DNA of 64,000 bases. It comes from a virus. Its lineage: Duplodnaviria > Caudoviricetes. The stretch spans positions 7,863-71,862 of the IMG/VR virus record IMGVR_UViG_3300035498_000698. One strand, 5' to 3'. This document shows positions 9,024 through 19,033 of the stretch, piece by piece. The notes under the pieces were generated by a model. The model was given only the letters and a program-made list of their open reading frames with translations. It ran no database searches and had not been told where the DNA came from. Positions within the stretch are counted from its first letter, which is position 1; each line of letters begins with the position of its first letter. The position numbers were made by a program, and so were the translations under genes.

Positions 9024-10931
9024 TTATTCTGCATTATATGTTGTTTCTTTACTATGTTCTTTGATATAAATTTTTCTTGCAGTCACTCCAGTACCCATAA
9101 GTTGGTCAAATAAAATATTGGTAGATTGAATATCTTCAACAGTAATCTGTTTAATAATACGCTGATCTGGTTTAGTAAGAGTTTCTTCAGTTTCTTCTAC
9201 ACTCATTTCACCAAGACCTTTCATACGTCCGACTACATATTTCTTATCTTTATTAAATTTTCTAAAAGCCTCTAACTCTTCATCATTTTTAATATATTTA
9301 TATTCTTTTCCTATTGTTACTTTATAAAGCGGCGGCACTCCTGCATAAACATAACCATCTATAATTAGTTCTGGACAAAAATTCCAAATAAATGTATAAA
9401 ATAGGTTTTTGATATGAGCACCATCAACATCCGCATCAGACATGATGATAATTTTACCATAGCGTAAGTCTTCTTTATTATAAGTAACTTTCATTGTTTT
9501 TACATCAATATGTAATCCAAAAGCATCAATCATTGTCATAATTTCAGCGTTCTTTTGAATTTGTGTTAAAGTCGCTTTTTGAGTATTTAAGATTTTACCG
9601 CGGACAGGCATAACCGCTTGAAATTCATTATCACGAGCCATCTTTAAGTTTCCAGAGGCCGAGTCGCCTTCAGTCACATAAATCTCACATTTCATTCTAT
9701 CTTTTGAGTAACAATCTGCAAGCTTACTATCAAATTTAAGAACTTTTTCTTTCTTTTTCTTTTGACCTTCACGGACTGCTTCTCTAGCTTTCTTTGCGGC
9801 GTCCCGCGCCTTTCGCGCATTAATGGCTTTATCTGCAACTTCTTTTAACTCTTTTTCATTTGCCGCAAACCAAATTTGAAGATTTTCAACAAGAGCCTGA
9901 ATAAAGGGCTTAGTATCAAGTTTAGTTACTCTACTTTTAACCTGCGCATCGTAAGATACTCCAGATGCTGTAATATTAAATACAATATACATACCCTCTT
10001 GAATATCATCGCCCGTTAAGTTTTCATCTTTATCTTTTAACCACTTTTTTTCTCTAAAGAATTTATTAAACTCTCTAGTTAAAGCAGTTTTCAATTGGGT
10101 AATATGTGGACCAGATTCAGTTAATCCAGTATTAACATATGGAACAATAGTAGAAGAATAATTAGATGTATAAGTTAATACTAAATCCATTTTATTTTTT
10201 CCATCTACAAAATTCATATTAAAACGATTATTAATAATCTCTTTATCTTTTGTAGCTTCATCTACTAAATCATTTAAACCATTTTTAGAAACAAAATCAA
10301 TTTCTTTTCCATTATCATTTAAATGAATTGTTAATCCAGGTGCAAGACATACGATAGTTTTAAATAAAGATTTTACTTTTTCAATTTCAACTTCTGTATT
10401 AGTAAAAAATTCCTCTGATGGTTGCCATTTCACAAATGTTCCAGTTGGACATATTTTAGAAGATAAAGGTCCAGCATCTCTACTTTCAAATTCGCCCTCT
10501 TTAAAATAAACCACTTCTACTTGATTATCTCTATATGTAGCAACTTCAAGCCAATGAGAAAGATAGTTAGTAATCTTACTACCAATACCAAATGATCCTA
10601 AAGAAGTTCCTTCATAAGCTCCATCTTCTCTATATTTACCAGATGTATTTAAAACACTAAAAGCCGCTTCAAGAATCGTTTTTCCATCATCTCTATAACT
10701 ATTAGGAATAAAACCTTGTCCATAATCCCTTACGGTGACAATATCTTTATCTATTATTACATCAATTTTATTTCCATGACCAAGAGTAACCTCATCTACT
10801 GCGTTAGCAACAATCTCTACTAAAAGCTGAGTTGAATATGTAGTATCACCGGCATAAACTCCTGGGCGCAAACGAGTGAATTGTAATGGATCTAAGCTTT
10901 CTATTGATTTTTCATCATATAATTTACTCAT
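9024..10931 (-). CDS. gyrB: type IIA topoisomerase subunit B (gyrase B-like)
   Basis: EIVANAVDE GHKL motif, TEGDSA, PVRGKILN, MSDADVDG TOPRIM, KGLGEM. Confidence 0.95.
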   Translation of the reverse strand: MSKLYDEKSIESLDPLQFTRLRPGVYAGDTTYSTQLLVEIVANAVDEVTLGHGNKIDVIIDKDIVTVRDYGQGFIPNSYRDDGKTILEAAFSVLNTSGKYREDGAYEGTSLGSFGIGSKITNYLSHWLEVATYRDNQVEVVYFKEGEFESRDAGPLSSKICPTGTFVKWQPSEEFFTNTEVEIEKVKSLFKTIVCLAPGLTIHLNDNGKEIDFVSKNGLNDLVDEATKDKEIINNRFNMNFVDGKNKMDLVLTYTSNYSSTIVPYVNTGLTESGPHITQLKTALTREFNKFFREKKWLKDKDENLTGDDIQEGMYIVFNITASGVSYDAQVKSRVTKLDTKPFIQALVENLQIWFAANEKELKEVADKAINARKARDAAKKAREAVREGQKKKKEKVLKFDSKLADCYSKDRMKCEIYVTEGDSASGNLKMARDNEFQAVMPVRGKILNTQKATLTQIQKNAEIMTMIDAFGLHIDVKTMKVTYNKEDLRYGKIIIMSDADVDGAHIKNLFYTFIWNFCPELIIDGYVYAGVPPLYKVTIGKEYKYIKNDEELEAFRKFNKDKKYVVGRMKGLGEMSVEETEETLTKPDQRIIKQITVEDIQSTNILFDQLMGTGVTARKIYIKEHSKETTYNAE

Positions 10932-11244
10932 TTAAAACTCCTTTTCTCTTTATTAATTTATATTTATTATAATATATTTTTTATAAAAAATCAATTAATA
11001 AAATTTATATTTATGTTTTTAATTATTATTTCTTTTTCTTCTTCTTCTTCTTTATTTGACAATTAATAAAATCTTTGCTAAAATATTTATAGAACATTTG
11101 ATTAAAAGATTTTATTAATAACTTAAATTTTTTATTATTTTGCAGTTCTTAAACTATATTTATTCCTTTTATAATTATATTATAACATATTTTTCATAGA
11201 AAATCAAGCTTGTTTGTAAAAAGTTTGTTAAAATAAATAAAAAA

Positions 11245-11276
11245 ATAGGTGAATAGCAAATTTGCTATTCACCTAT
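11245..11276 (-). terminator. intrinsic terminator after endolysin
   Basis: Perfect inverted repeat ATAGGTGAATAGCAAA/TTTGCTATTCACCTAT followed by a T-run on the minus strand. Confidence 0.8.
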
Positions 11277-11279
11277 AAA

Positions 11280-12863
11280 TTAAATTCTCTTAGTAAATTT
11301 TAAAGATATCCAACCTTTTCCAGATTTTAATTTACCAAAATTATTTTTCTCTTCAATAATAGTATAAGTACCTTGATCTCTAATTACACCAGTTATACTG
11401 TATTGAGTTCCCGCGCCTGCGCGAATATTAAGAGCAGCCGCAGTTACTTTTATTTGATATTCAGTTGATAAATTTTGAATATCTTTTTCAATAGCCGCTA
11501 ATGTAATAGGACCTGCTTCTCCATCTGCTGTTAAACCTTTATCTTTTTGATATTTTACAACTGCCTCTTTTGTTTTGCTACCAAAATCGCCATCTGCGCC
11601 ATATGATCCAACTGAATAACCTAATTTAATTAAATTTTGTTGGAGTGTTTTTACAGCATCTCCTTTAGAACCCTGTTTTAAAATTGTAGTTTGTGAAGTA
11701 CTAGTACTAGTAGCAGTTACAGAGCTAGTTGTTCCACCTTCAATAGCTTTTTGAATAATCCAAGTTACAAAACAAGCGCACCAATATTGAGCTTGATATT
11801 CTGGTGCTATATCTCTCCAATATTTAGTATAATTTGCGGAACCCGCATTTGCAGTCTTACTATCAAGTTGAGAATTAGAAGCTTTTTCTAAGTATCCAAC
11901 CTCATTATTTGCTACTGTTGTAATCGCATTAATTGCATCATCTGCGGTTTTGAAAATTCCAGCATTAACTAAAATAGAATAGTCTGGTCTAAAATATTTA
12001 TTTTTTGGATAGTCTGTAATTTTATAAGATTTTTTACAAACTCCTCCACCATTTGAAATAACTGCACTTGCGCCAGACGTATTTCCTTCTATTGTATAAA
12101 TTTTTTCATTATTTATATCATAAACATATCCTGTATGAGAGTATCTTCCAGAATTATAAAATAATACGATATCTCCAATATGTGGAACTGTATTTGTTGT
12201 ATATCCCGCTAATTTATCACAAGAGATAAAAGGATAATGTTTTAATAATTGCATTGTATAATATTTAGCTTGTGAGCTAGTCATTTTAATTCCTCCTGTT
12301 GAGCTACTTATTTTTGAAGCATATTTATCATAATAAGTTTGTCCATAGGTAGCTCTTGCTTTTTTAACTGAATCTGATGTATCAGCAGGACGCTCAAATT
12401 TTGTTAATATAGCATCAGAAGCAGATTGTATTGAACTTGTAGTTTTTAAAATTGATAAAACACTTAAATAAGAAGTTTTTAATTCAGTGATTAACCATTC
12501 TAATTGAGCTTCCTCATCTGCTATAGACACATTTTTAGATTTACATAAATTATATAAACCTAATTTTCTATTGGGAGAAGTCCATTGACATAGCCCATAT
12601 CCGTATTGTTTGTTTGGTAATGGATGCAAAAACTCTTCTTTAGAAATTTGTTCTAAGTCAATAGCAGATGTGTATGTTTCATCTGTATAAACTTTTCCAT
12701 TTTCTTTCAATCTGTTCAAACAAAGCTTTTCTACTTTATTAAAAATTATTCCAGATTCAGCTTTTAAATTTCCCATTAAACCTGCGGCGCCCTGCTCAGT
12801 AAAGCCTTGAGAGATTAAATAATTCCATACTCTTTCTTCAGTAGTATTTCCTTTTAAAGCCAT
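11280..12863 (-). CDS. multidomain endolysin: tail-lysozyme domain, circularly permuted CHAP domain, peptidoglycan-binding domain, SH3
   Basis: GAAGLMGNLKAESG (lysozyme); SHTG..TIEGNT and WCACFVTW (CHAP halves); LKQGSKG..VKTLQ..DGDFG (PGBD); ALNIRAGAGT..GWISL (SH3). Confidence 0.9.
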   Translation of the reverse strand: MALKGNTTEERVWNYLISQGFTEQGAAGLMGNLKAESGIIFNKVEKLCLNRLKENGKVYTDETYTSAIDLEQISKEEFLHPLPNKQYGYGLCQWTSPNRKLGLYNLCKSKNVSIADEEAQLEWLITELKTSYLSVLSILKTTSSIQSASDAILTKFERPADTSDSVKKARATYGQTYYDKYASKISSSTGGIKMTSSQAKYYTMQLLKHYPFISCDKLAGYTTNTVPHIGDIVLFYNSGRYSHTGYVYDINNEKIYTIEGNTSGASAVISNGGGVCKKSYKITDYPKNKYFRPDYSILVNAGIFKTADDAINAITTVANNEVGYLEKASNSQLDSKTANAGSANYTKYWRDIAPEYQAQYWCACFVTWIIQKAIEGGTTSSVTATSTSTSQTTILKQGSKGDAVKTLQQNLIKLGYSVGSYGADGDFGSKTKEAVVKYQKDKGLTADGEAGPITLAAIEKDIQNLSTEYQIKVTAAALNIRAGAGTQYSITGVIRDQGTYTIIEEKNNFGKLKSGKGWISLKFTKRI

Positions 12864-12876
12864 TTAATCACTCCTT

Positions 12877-13221
12877 TTATTTTTCAATATAATCTTTTAA
12901 TTTATCATTGCTATTTAATAATTCTTTAAATTTATATAATACTTCATCTACTAAAACACTAAAAGATTCAAAAGAAACTGTTTTAGCTAGGTAAGGAAAC
13001 TTAACAATAAACATATCATACACATAACGAAGTTTAATCTGTCCAGTTCCAGACCCAAGTTCCTTCTCAGCTGCGGCAACCGCATATAATAACCACTCTT
13101 TTACTTTTGCAAGTTGTTCATCGGTCGGTCTTTTCATAAAAACATAAACTGTATATCCGCCAACGGCAATAGCCGCAATTAATATTACAAATAATAACCA
13201 ATTAGATAATAAAAATTCCAT
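12877..13221 (-). CDS. holin-like membrane protein
   Basis: N-terminal TM helix; KEWLLYAVAAAEKELGSGTGQIKLRYVYD motif; adjacent to endolysin. Confidence 0.7.
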   Translation of the reverse strand: MEFLLSNWLLFVILIAAIAVGGYTVYVFMKRPTDEQLAKVKEWLLYAVAAAEKELGSGTGQIKLRYVYDMFIVKFPYLAKTVSFESFSVLVDEVLYKFKELLNSNDKLKDYIEK

Positions 13222-13232
13222 AATATCCTCCT

Positions 13233-13646
13233 TTAACCAACACTATTATCAGTGTTTTCTATTCTATTTTGTTGTTCCAATTCATGTCTAGCTTTAAGAT
13301 AATTAATACCATTTTCAGTATTTTCTTTTGTTGATTTTATAGCATATATAGCAAATCCAATCACTTCTCCTACAACAGCTCCAATTAAAGTTACTAGTGG
13401 AGTAAAATCTGGAGACAAGCCTGTTACAAGAGTCAAATTAATGCTTTTAATAGTTGCCCATCCTGTAAAAAGCTCTATTAAAGTACAATTTAAAAATAAA
13501 AAGAAAATAAGAAGTTTAGTAGTAGTTGGTATTTTTTTAGCTTTTATAGCTTTTCTTTCTTCTTTTATCTTTTGTTTTCTTTGTATAAGATCTTTTTCTT
13601 TTGTCCAGCGCTCTTCTTCTCTTTGAATATCTAATTCTCTTAACAT
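13233..13646 (-). CDS. two-TM membrane protein (holin/lysis-associated)
   Basis: Two hydrophobic segments, located in the lysis cluster. Confidence 0.55.
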   Translation of the reverse strand: MLRELDIQREEERWTKEKDLIQRKQKIKEERKAIKAKKIPTTTKLLIFFLFLNCTLIELFTGWATIKSINLTLVTGLSPDFTPLVTLIGAVVGEVIGFAIYAIKSTKENTENGINYLKARHELEQQNRIENTDNSVG

Positions 13647-13677
13647 TTATCTTCTCCTTTCTTTTATAATAATAAAA

Positions 13678-13706
13678 AAGACTTATGTAAATTTTACATA
13701 AGTCTT
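13678..13706 (-). terminator. hairpin terminator after phoH
   Basis: AAGACTTATGTAAA/TTTTACATAAGTCTT inverted repeat. Confidence 0.65.
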
Positions 13707-13725
13707 ATAAACTAAATTATTTATT

Positions 13726-14958
13726 TTAAAGTTTTTGTGCGAGTTCAGCAATATGACTTCGATGAATATTAACAAGAGTAACTTCACCATAAATATCATC
13801 TCCTCTAAAGATCTGAGAGACTCGTCGCATACCATTATTATCTCCAGAATAAATAGGAAGATCAACTTGGGTATCTGAATCGCCTTCAAGAATACAAATA
13901 GAGTCTTCACCAATTCTTTGAAGTGCCAATCGCATTAATTCAATATCAAGATTTTGAGCCTCGGTTATATAGACTCCAGCATTAAGACCTGTAGTATCAA
14001 AACCGCGGATATCGCTCATTGGAAGTAGTTCAATTAATCCATCTTGAATTAATTTCTCTACTGCAAATTTATCACCAATTTTACTTGATAAAAAGTTTCC
14101 TATTTGCGAATCTAAAAGTTTTTCAGTCCTAGTACCAGGATAAAAACCAAGTTTTGCTGAGTCTGCAGTTGCTACTGTATTACAAAAAATAATAATTTTA
14201 TTAATGTCGCCTTTTTCAAGTTTACTAAATAAAAATGTCATAGCTAACATAGATTTACCTGTACCTGCGGCTCCGCGAATCATAGTAATCTTATTATTTT
14301 TTAAGCTATCCATTGCCAAAGCTTGATATTCATCTTTTGGTTTTATTTTACCAAACATTTTACTTTCAAAACAATTAAAAGGAATTTTAACAAAACCGTC
14401 TTTTTTATATTTATATTTATCAATAATTTCATTCTTATTATTTTTAATAATAAGATATTCATTAGCTAAAAGATTAAATTCATTTTCACTTGACCATAAT
14501 TTTTGATATATATTGGCTAGTTCTTCATCAGAATTATAAATTACTTCTTTATAGCCTGTATAATCTTGTAAATCATCTTTTAGATATTTAACATTTAATC
14601 CTACAGCTTTTGCTAACTGTTTACAATTTAAGTCTTTTGTAGTAAAAATTATATCATAATCTTTTGAAAAATTTTTCGCAGTTAAAATAATTCTACTATC
14701 ATCTGTATCTGGTAAGACAGAATTAGTTTTTAATTCTTCATCCCATTCTTTTTGATAATTAATTATGGTATACTTATCTTCATTTTCATCAAGCAGATGA
14801 ACTAATTTTCTTGCTTTAAATTTAATATTTGCATCTTTTGAAGCTGAAGTTTTAATATTTTCTAATTCTTTTAAAGTAATATTACTAATAAAAAAATAAT
14901 CTTCAAAAGCATGACGTGATTCATTTAATAAACTGCATGTATCATAAAAAATTTGCAT
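13726..14958 (-). CDS. phoH: PIN-domain PhoH family protein (PhoH2-like)
   Basis: N-terminal FYDTCSLL PIN motif; GAAGTGKS Walker A, DIRG, ITEAQN, GDSDTQVD. Confidence 0.9.
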   Translation of the reverse strand: MQIFYDTCSLLNESRHAFEDYFFISNITLKELENIKTSASKDANIKFKARKLVHLLDENEDKYTIINYQKEWDEELKTNSVLPDTDDSRIILTAKNFSKDYDIIFTTKDLNCKQLAKAVGLNVKYLKDDLQDYTGYKEVIYNSDEELANIYQKLWSSENEFNLLANEYLIIKNNKNEIIDKYKYKKDGFVKIPFNCFESKMFGKIKPKDEYQALAMDSLKNNKITMIRGAAGTGKSMLAMTFLFSKLEKGDINKIIIFCNTVATADSAKLGFYPGTRTEKLLDSQIGNFLSSKIGDKFAVEKLIQDGLIELLPMSDIRGFDTTGLNAGVYITEAQNLDIELMRLALQRIGEDSICILEGDSDTQVDLPIYSGDNNGMRRVSQIFRGDDIYGEVTLVNIHRSHIAELAQKL

Positions 14959-14972
14959 ATTGTTCTCCTTAA

Positions 14973-15200
14973 TTAGTCCTCATCTTCATCGTCATAGTTT
15001 TCTTCAATATCTGGAGCTTGAAAACCAATAACGTTAGTATTAAGTTCTTCCTCTTCTGGAATTTCTTTTTGAATTTTTGCGGTTTGTACCGTAATTAAAG
15101 TACAAAAATATTCAATTAATTGAGAAAATAAAAATATAATACCATTTAATATTGGTAAAAATAAAGATATAAATAATACACCTTTCAAGAAATTTTTCAT
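14973..15200 (-). CDS. small membrane protein with acidic tail
   Basis: TM N-terminus, SD upstream. Confidence 0.55.
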   Translation of the reverse strand: MKNFLKGVLFISLFLPILNGIIFLFSQLIEYFCTLITVQTAKIQKEIPEEEELNTNVIGFQAPDIEENYDDEDED

Positions 15201-15350
15201 TAATAAATTCTATTCCTTTCAAGTATTTTTATTTCAATTTTATCTGAAAAATATTTTAAATAAATTAATGATTTTTGTCTCATTATAAAGATTATAACAT
15301 ATTTTTTCATAAAAAGCAAAAACCCTGCTTTAAAGCAAGGTTTAATAATT

Positions 15351-15629
15351 TTATTTATTTTTCTTGACAGCTGTATGTCTAAAGAAGCTTCCAATTACTC
15401 CAAGAGTTCCGCAAAAAAGAGGGAGAGCTTCTTTATTAAAAGATAAACCTAACATAGATAAGTCTTGAATAAAAGTATCTCCAAAAGTTATTTTAATCAG
15501 CCAGCCTGTGATCCATCCACAAATAAAACTAATAAATGGAGAAAAAATTAATACTGCAACTACCAACATAATAAGTCCAAAGCAACTAAGAGCTTCTACA
15601 GTATCATTATCATAATCATAATTTTTCAT
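15351..15629 (-). CDS. membrane protein
   Basis: Several hydrophobic segments. Confidence 0.6.
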   Translation of the reverse strand: MKNYDYDNDTVEALSCFGLIMLVVAVLIFSPFISFICGWITGWLIKITFGDTFIQDLSMLGLSFNKEALPLFCGTLGVIGSFFRHTAVKKNK

Positions 15630-16177
15630 TTATTTAATTCCTTTCTGATATCAGTTAATATATTTTCTAAAAGAATAGGATAACAATTATGAGCATCACA
15701 TTCAACATGGTAAATTAATCCTTTATTAAAATCAAGAAATTTATCTTTAGTATGAGCATGTCCACAAATATTAATAGTTCTTCTATTTAAAGGTTTATTT
15801 TCATCAAAATTTGAAGTTAAGCATGGATAATGAGTTAAGAAAAAGTTTTGTTTTTCAATATTTAAAAATTTTGCATCGCACACTTCTACAACATTATAAC
15901 AATTTTTATAAAGTTCCATTCTTTTATCTGTATCATGATTACCGCGGATAATATGAATTTTTCCTTTAAGCTGTTTAATGCATTTAATTCCTTCTTCATT
16001 ATCATTTAAAATACAATCTCCAACACAATAAACATCATCGTTTGGTTGAACTACTGAATTATAATTTTTAATAATAGTTTGATTCATTTCATATTGATTT
16101 TTAAAGCCTCTAGGTTCATAAATAAAGGGCTGTGAATGGCAAAAATGCCAATCGCTAGTAAGCCAAATATTTGACAT
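15626..16177 (-). CDS. calcineurin-like metallophosphoesterase
   Basis: SDWHF, VGD, RGNHD, THYP, GHAH motifs. Confidence 0.9.
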   Translation of the reverse strand: MSNIWLTSDWHFCHSQPFIYEPRGFKNQYEMNQTIIKNYNSVVQPNDDVYCVGDCILNDNEEGIKCIKQLKGKIHIIRGNHDTDKRMELYKNCYNVVEVCDAKFLNIEKQNFFLTHYPCLTSNFDENKPLNRRTINICGHAHTKDKFLDFNKGLIYHVECDAHNCYPILLENILTDIRKELNK

Positions 16178-16179
16178 AT

Positions 16180-16671
16180 CTATATCTCCTTTTCTATAAT
16201 TTGAATTGGTTTTTCATCTTCTACAATATAAATTTTATTAAAGCCTTCTTCAAACTCTGGCGCTTCTGTTTGAATAAACATGCGGCGAATGACCTCTTTA
16301 GGAACATAAGACCGAGTTCCGCGCCTATTTTCATTTCTTTTTAAACATTCTAATAATGGAGTTTTAATCCAAATAATTTCAATAGAATCTGGTTTTTCTT
16401 TAATATTTTTTAGTAATTTTGCTCTTGAAGCTTTATTCAAATGGGTAGCGTCCGCATATACATTAACACCAAGTTTTAGATTTTCATTAATCTGTTTAAT
16501 AAATTCTTTATACACTTCTTTTTCTTTTGAAAAATATTCTTCTCCATCTGCTACCATAGAAAAGCGTATTTTATCTCTTGAAATAATAATATCATCTTCT
16601 TTATAATGATTTTTAATCCAGGTGCTTTTTCCCGATCCTGGAGTTCCACAAAGTAAATATAAAATTGCCAT
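16180..16671 (-). CDS. polynucleotide kinase-like P-loop kinase (AAA_33)
   Basis: CGTPGSGKST, SRDKIR, DATHL, CLKRN..R motifs. Confidence 0.85.
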   Translation of the reverse strand: MAILYLLCGTPGSGKSTWIKNHYKEDDIIISRDKIRFSMVADGEEYFSKEKEVYKEFIKQINENLKLGVNVYADATHLNKASRAKLLKNIKEKPDSIEIIWIKTPLLECLKRNENRRGTRSYVPKEVIRRMFIQTEAPEFEEGFNKIYIVEDEKPIQIIEKEI

Positions 16672-16674
16672 TAT

Positions 16675-17076
16675 TTACCACCCTCTATTTAATAAATTTA
16701 AAGTTTCTTCTTTATCTTCATTTTCAATAATAATACGATGGTTGCAAGAGTAAGAATGATTTGAGTTCCAACACTTGCCATTTTTATTATATTCACAAGA
16801 TGTTTTATTACAATTCATTAATTCTGCAATAGGAATTTTATGTCCATCTACAAATCTTCCAAGACGAAACTCTTCTTCAAAATCTTCGCGGTTATAGGCG
16901 CCAAAAGGACGAACTTCCGCATGATTAGTTTCTTTTTGACAATTTAAACAAAATATTTTTTTTAAATGTCCAGGTTCTCTTTGTTGTCCTGCTCGTCTAA
17001 CAATTGGAATTCCACGTTTTCCGCACTTAGTGCAATAAAATTCACTTGTTGTAATTTCATCTTTTCTTATTTTCAT
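16675..17076 (-). CDS. Cys-rich zinc-binding hypothetical protein
   Basis: CTKC, HLKKIFCLNC and a further C-terminal Cys cluster. Confidence 0.55.
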   Translation of the reverse strand: MKIRKDEITTSEFYCTKCGKRGIPIVRRAGQQREPGHLKKIFCLNCQKETNHAEVRPFGAYNREDFEEEFRLGRFVDGHKIPIAELMNCNKTSCEYNKNGKCWNSNHSYSCNHRIIIENEDKEETLNLLNRGW

Positions 17077-17282
17077 TCATCATCAATCCTTTCTACTTTT
17101 AAAATATTTTTATAATTGTCCAAATCTTTTAATGCATCTTCAATAGACAAAAATTCACAAGGACAAATGTGCTGTTTAGTTAAATTAATATAATGATATC
17201 TATTAGTTTCTTTAATTGGCATTATTGTTACAATGCTAATTTTATTATTTTTATAAAAGATTTTAAGTTTCATATTTATCAA
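17073..17282 (-). CDS. hypothetical protein
   Basis: ORF downstream of promoter at about 17296-17324. Confidence 0.55.
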   Translation of the reverse strand: MINMKLKIFYKNNKISIVTIMPIKETNRYHYINLTKQHICPCEFLSIEDALKDLDNYKNILKVERIDDE

Positions 17283-17335
17283 CCTCTTTATATATATTAT
17301 ATCAAAAATTTAATAAAAAATAAAGTTCCGATTTT

Positions 17336-17458
17336 TTATTCAGAACTTTTATCTTTATCTTTTTTCTTTTTACGCTTTTCTTCTTCTTCTAACTCTATGC
17401 GGATACGATTTTGATTTGCCGCAACTTGAGCGGCTATAAAAGGCGCAATATTAATCAT
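17336..17458 (-). CDS. small hypothetical protein (40 aa, not in ORF track)
   Basis: MINIAPFIAAQVAANQNR...; ATGA overlap with the HPr-like gene stop. Confidence 0.4.
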   Translation of the reverse strand: MINIAPFIAAQVAANQNRIRIELEEEEKRKKKKDKDKSSE

Positions 17459-17694
17459 CATATTTTGTGCCTCCAATCTAATTGTAAAATAAATTTTTCA
17501 AAATCAGTTGCTTCTTCTGGATATTCTACAATAAATCCTTTTTTTGTATCAAAAGACATCATACCTAATAAAGATTTACCATTAATGCATTTTTCTTTTG
17601 TTTTAACTAAAATATCCCCATTAATTTTTTTAGCTAAACTAACAAAGTTTGCTAAATCTGTAATCCCATATATACTTATATATTTACTTTTCAT
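17458..17694 (-). CDS. HPr-family protein lacking the His15 motif
   Basis: FV..A.K...DI....INGKSLLGMMS matches the HPr Ser46 region; no HARP motif. Confidence 0.7.
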   Translation of the reverse strand: MKSKYISIYGITDLANFVSLAKKINGDILVKTKEKCINGKSLLGMMSFDTKKGFIVEYPEEATDFEKFILQLDWRHKI

Positions 17695-17733
17695 ATCTTT
17701 AATTATTAAAAAGAGGCTATTTAGCTTCCTTTT

Positions 17734-19002
17734 TTAGTGGTTTAATAAATATTTTCGAGAAACATTTTTAAAACTGAAAGTTGGATCAGTTGTTTTATAA
17801 TATACAAAACCTTCACGAACACAATCTTTTTGTCCTTCACATACAGAAGGATTATAGTAACCATCTGCTGACTGTTTGAACTCTTCAAAATCATTTGGAA
17901 GAATGTAATTTTCGCAAATAATAGGAACTACTTCCATATTATATTTCTTCCATACTTTTGCCGCCTCAATAATAGACATTCTTCCATTAATGCTATCAGT
18001 CCAATGAAAACAATAAAAATGAGTTTCAGACAGCTTATGAGGATTTTTTTGGATTCTTGGTGCGCAAATCTCTCCCTGCCAACATACAAAAGTAGCATCT
18101 GAATGATTTAAAAGCCAATCTTTCATTTTATTTTCAATGTCATATTTTTTAGCGACTTCCCAATAATAATTATCTGAACCAAAAAAGCATTCTTGATTTT
18201 CCTCTTTCATACGAACATTTCTGCTACATACATAAAACTCAAATTTATTTCTACTTTTTCTTTCAAGAATATAAGTTCCTGAACTACCATCACACTTTTG
18301 AGTTACAATAAATGGAGTTTTATCTTCAAGGATCCAGGCTATATTTTCGCATCTCTCCTGGTCGGTTTTACTTACACCTGGGAATTTTCCGACAGGCCAG
18401 TCCTTTCCTGTATCTTTCTTTTTATTTCCCATAAAGAGAAATAAGATTTTTTTAGCAAAGTCATGCTTCATACACCAACGACCAAATTTACTTCTAGCTA
18501 ATTTTGGATGCCTAGACATCATTGATTTATATTTAGCATTTGGATCAGTTTTAGCTTTACGCTTATTGTCCTCAACTTCTAAATAAGTTACGCCAAGAAT
18601 TTCAGTAAGTCCTTCATGTTCGATCTCTTTACCTAAATTAATTCTATATTTTAAGCTTGCTAGCCAAGAAGGAAGATCTCCATCATCATTTTTAAAATCA
18701 TCTAATGACATAAGAAGACCTTGAGAGTAGAAACCTGGATTTTTGCCTCCAAAAGTATAACGCTGAGTGCGAACTTTACCATGATATTTTTCCATAAAAG
18801 CAAATTCTGGTTTGGAAGTATCTACTTTAGAATCAATTTCAAAATAGATAGCATAATCTCCCGCCTTAAAAGTGCCTTTTCTTACCATAACTTTCCATCC
18901 ACCAATTATTGCGGCTTCGCAGTTATCAGATCCTTGAATCTGATGAATTGCGTCAATTTTTACTACATATGCAAGCTCGCGCACTCCATCTTTATTAATC
19001 AT
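17734..19002 (-). CDS. RNA ligase, DRB0094 family
   Basis: RELAYVVKIDAI N-terminal domain, KTDQER, TQKCDGSS (KxDG), QGEI, REGFV, FKNVSRKYLL. Confidence 0.85.
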   Translation of the reverse strand: MINKDGVRELAYVVKIDAIHQIQGSDNCEAAIIGGWKVMVRKGTFKAGDYAIYFEIDSKVDTSKPEFAFMEKYHGKVRTQRYTFGGKNPGFYSQGLLMSLDDFKNDDGDLPSWLASLKYRINLGKEIEHEGLTEILGVTYLEVEDNKRKAKTDPNAKYKSMMSRHPKLARSKFGRWCMKHDFAKKILFLFMGNKKKDTGKDWPVGKFPGVSKTDQERCENIAWILEDKTPFIVTQKCDGSSGTYILERKSRNKFEFYVCSRNVRMKEENQECFFGSDNYYWEVAKKYDIENKMKDWLLNHSDATFVCWQGEICAPRIQKNPHKLSETHFYCFHWTDSINGRMSIIEAAKVWKKYNMEVVPIICENYILPNDFEEFKQSADGYYNPSVCEGQKDCVREGFVYYKTTDPTFSFKNVSRKYLLNH

Positions 19003-19033
19003 ATTTAGTCCTCCTTTTGTTATTTAAAATTAA

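Noticed and set aside
11140-11147. AACUGCAA motif outside the tRNA array
   Set aside because: No convincing terminal stem; likely chance in AT-rich DNA
15200-15394. 64-aa ORF
   Set aside because: Overlaps a terminator hairpin, an extended -10 box and the SD of the next gene; treated as regulatory DNA
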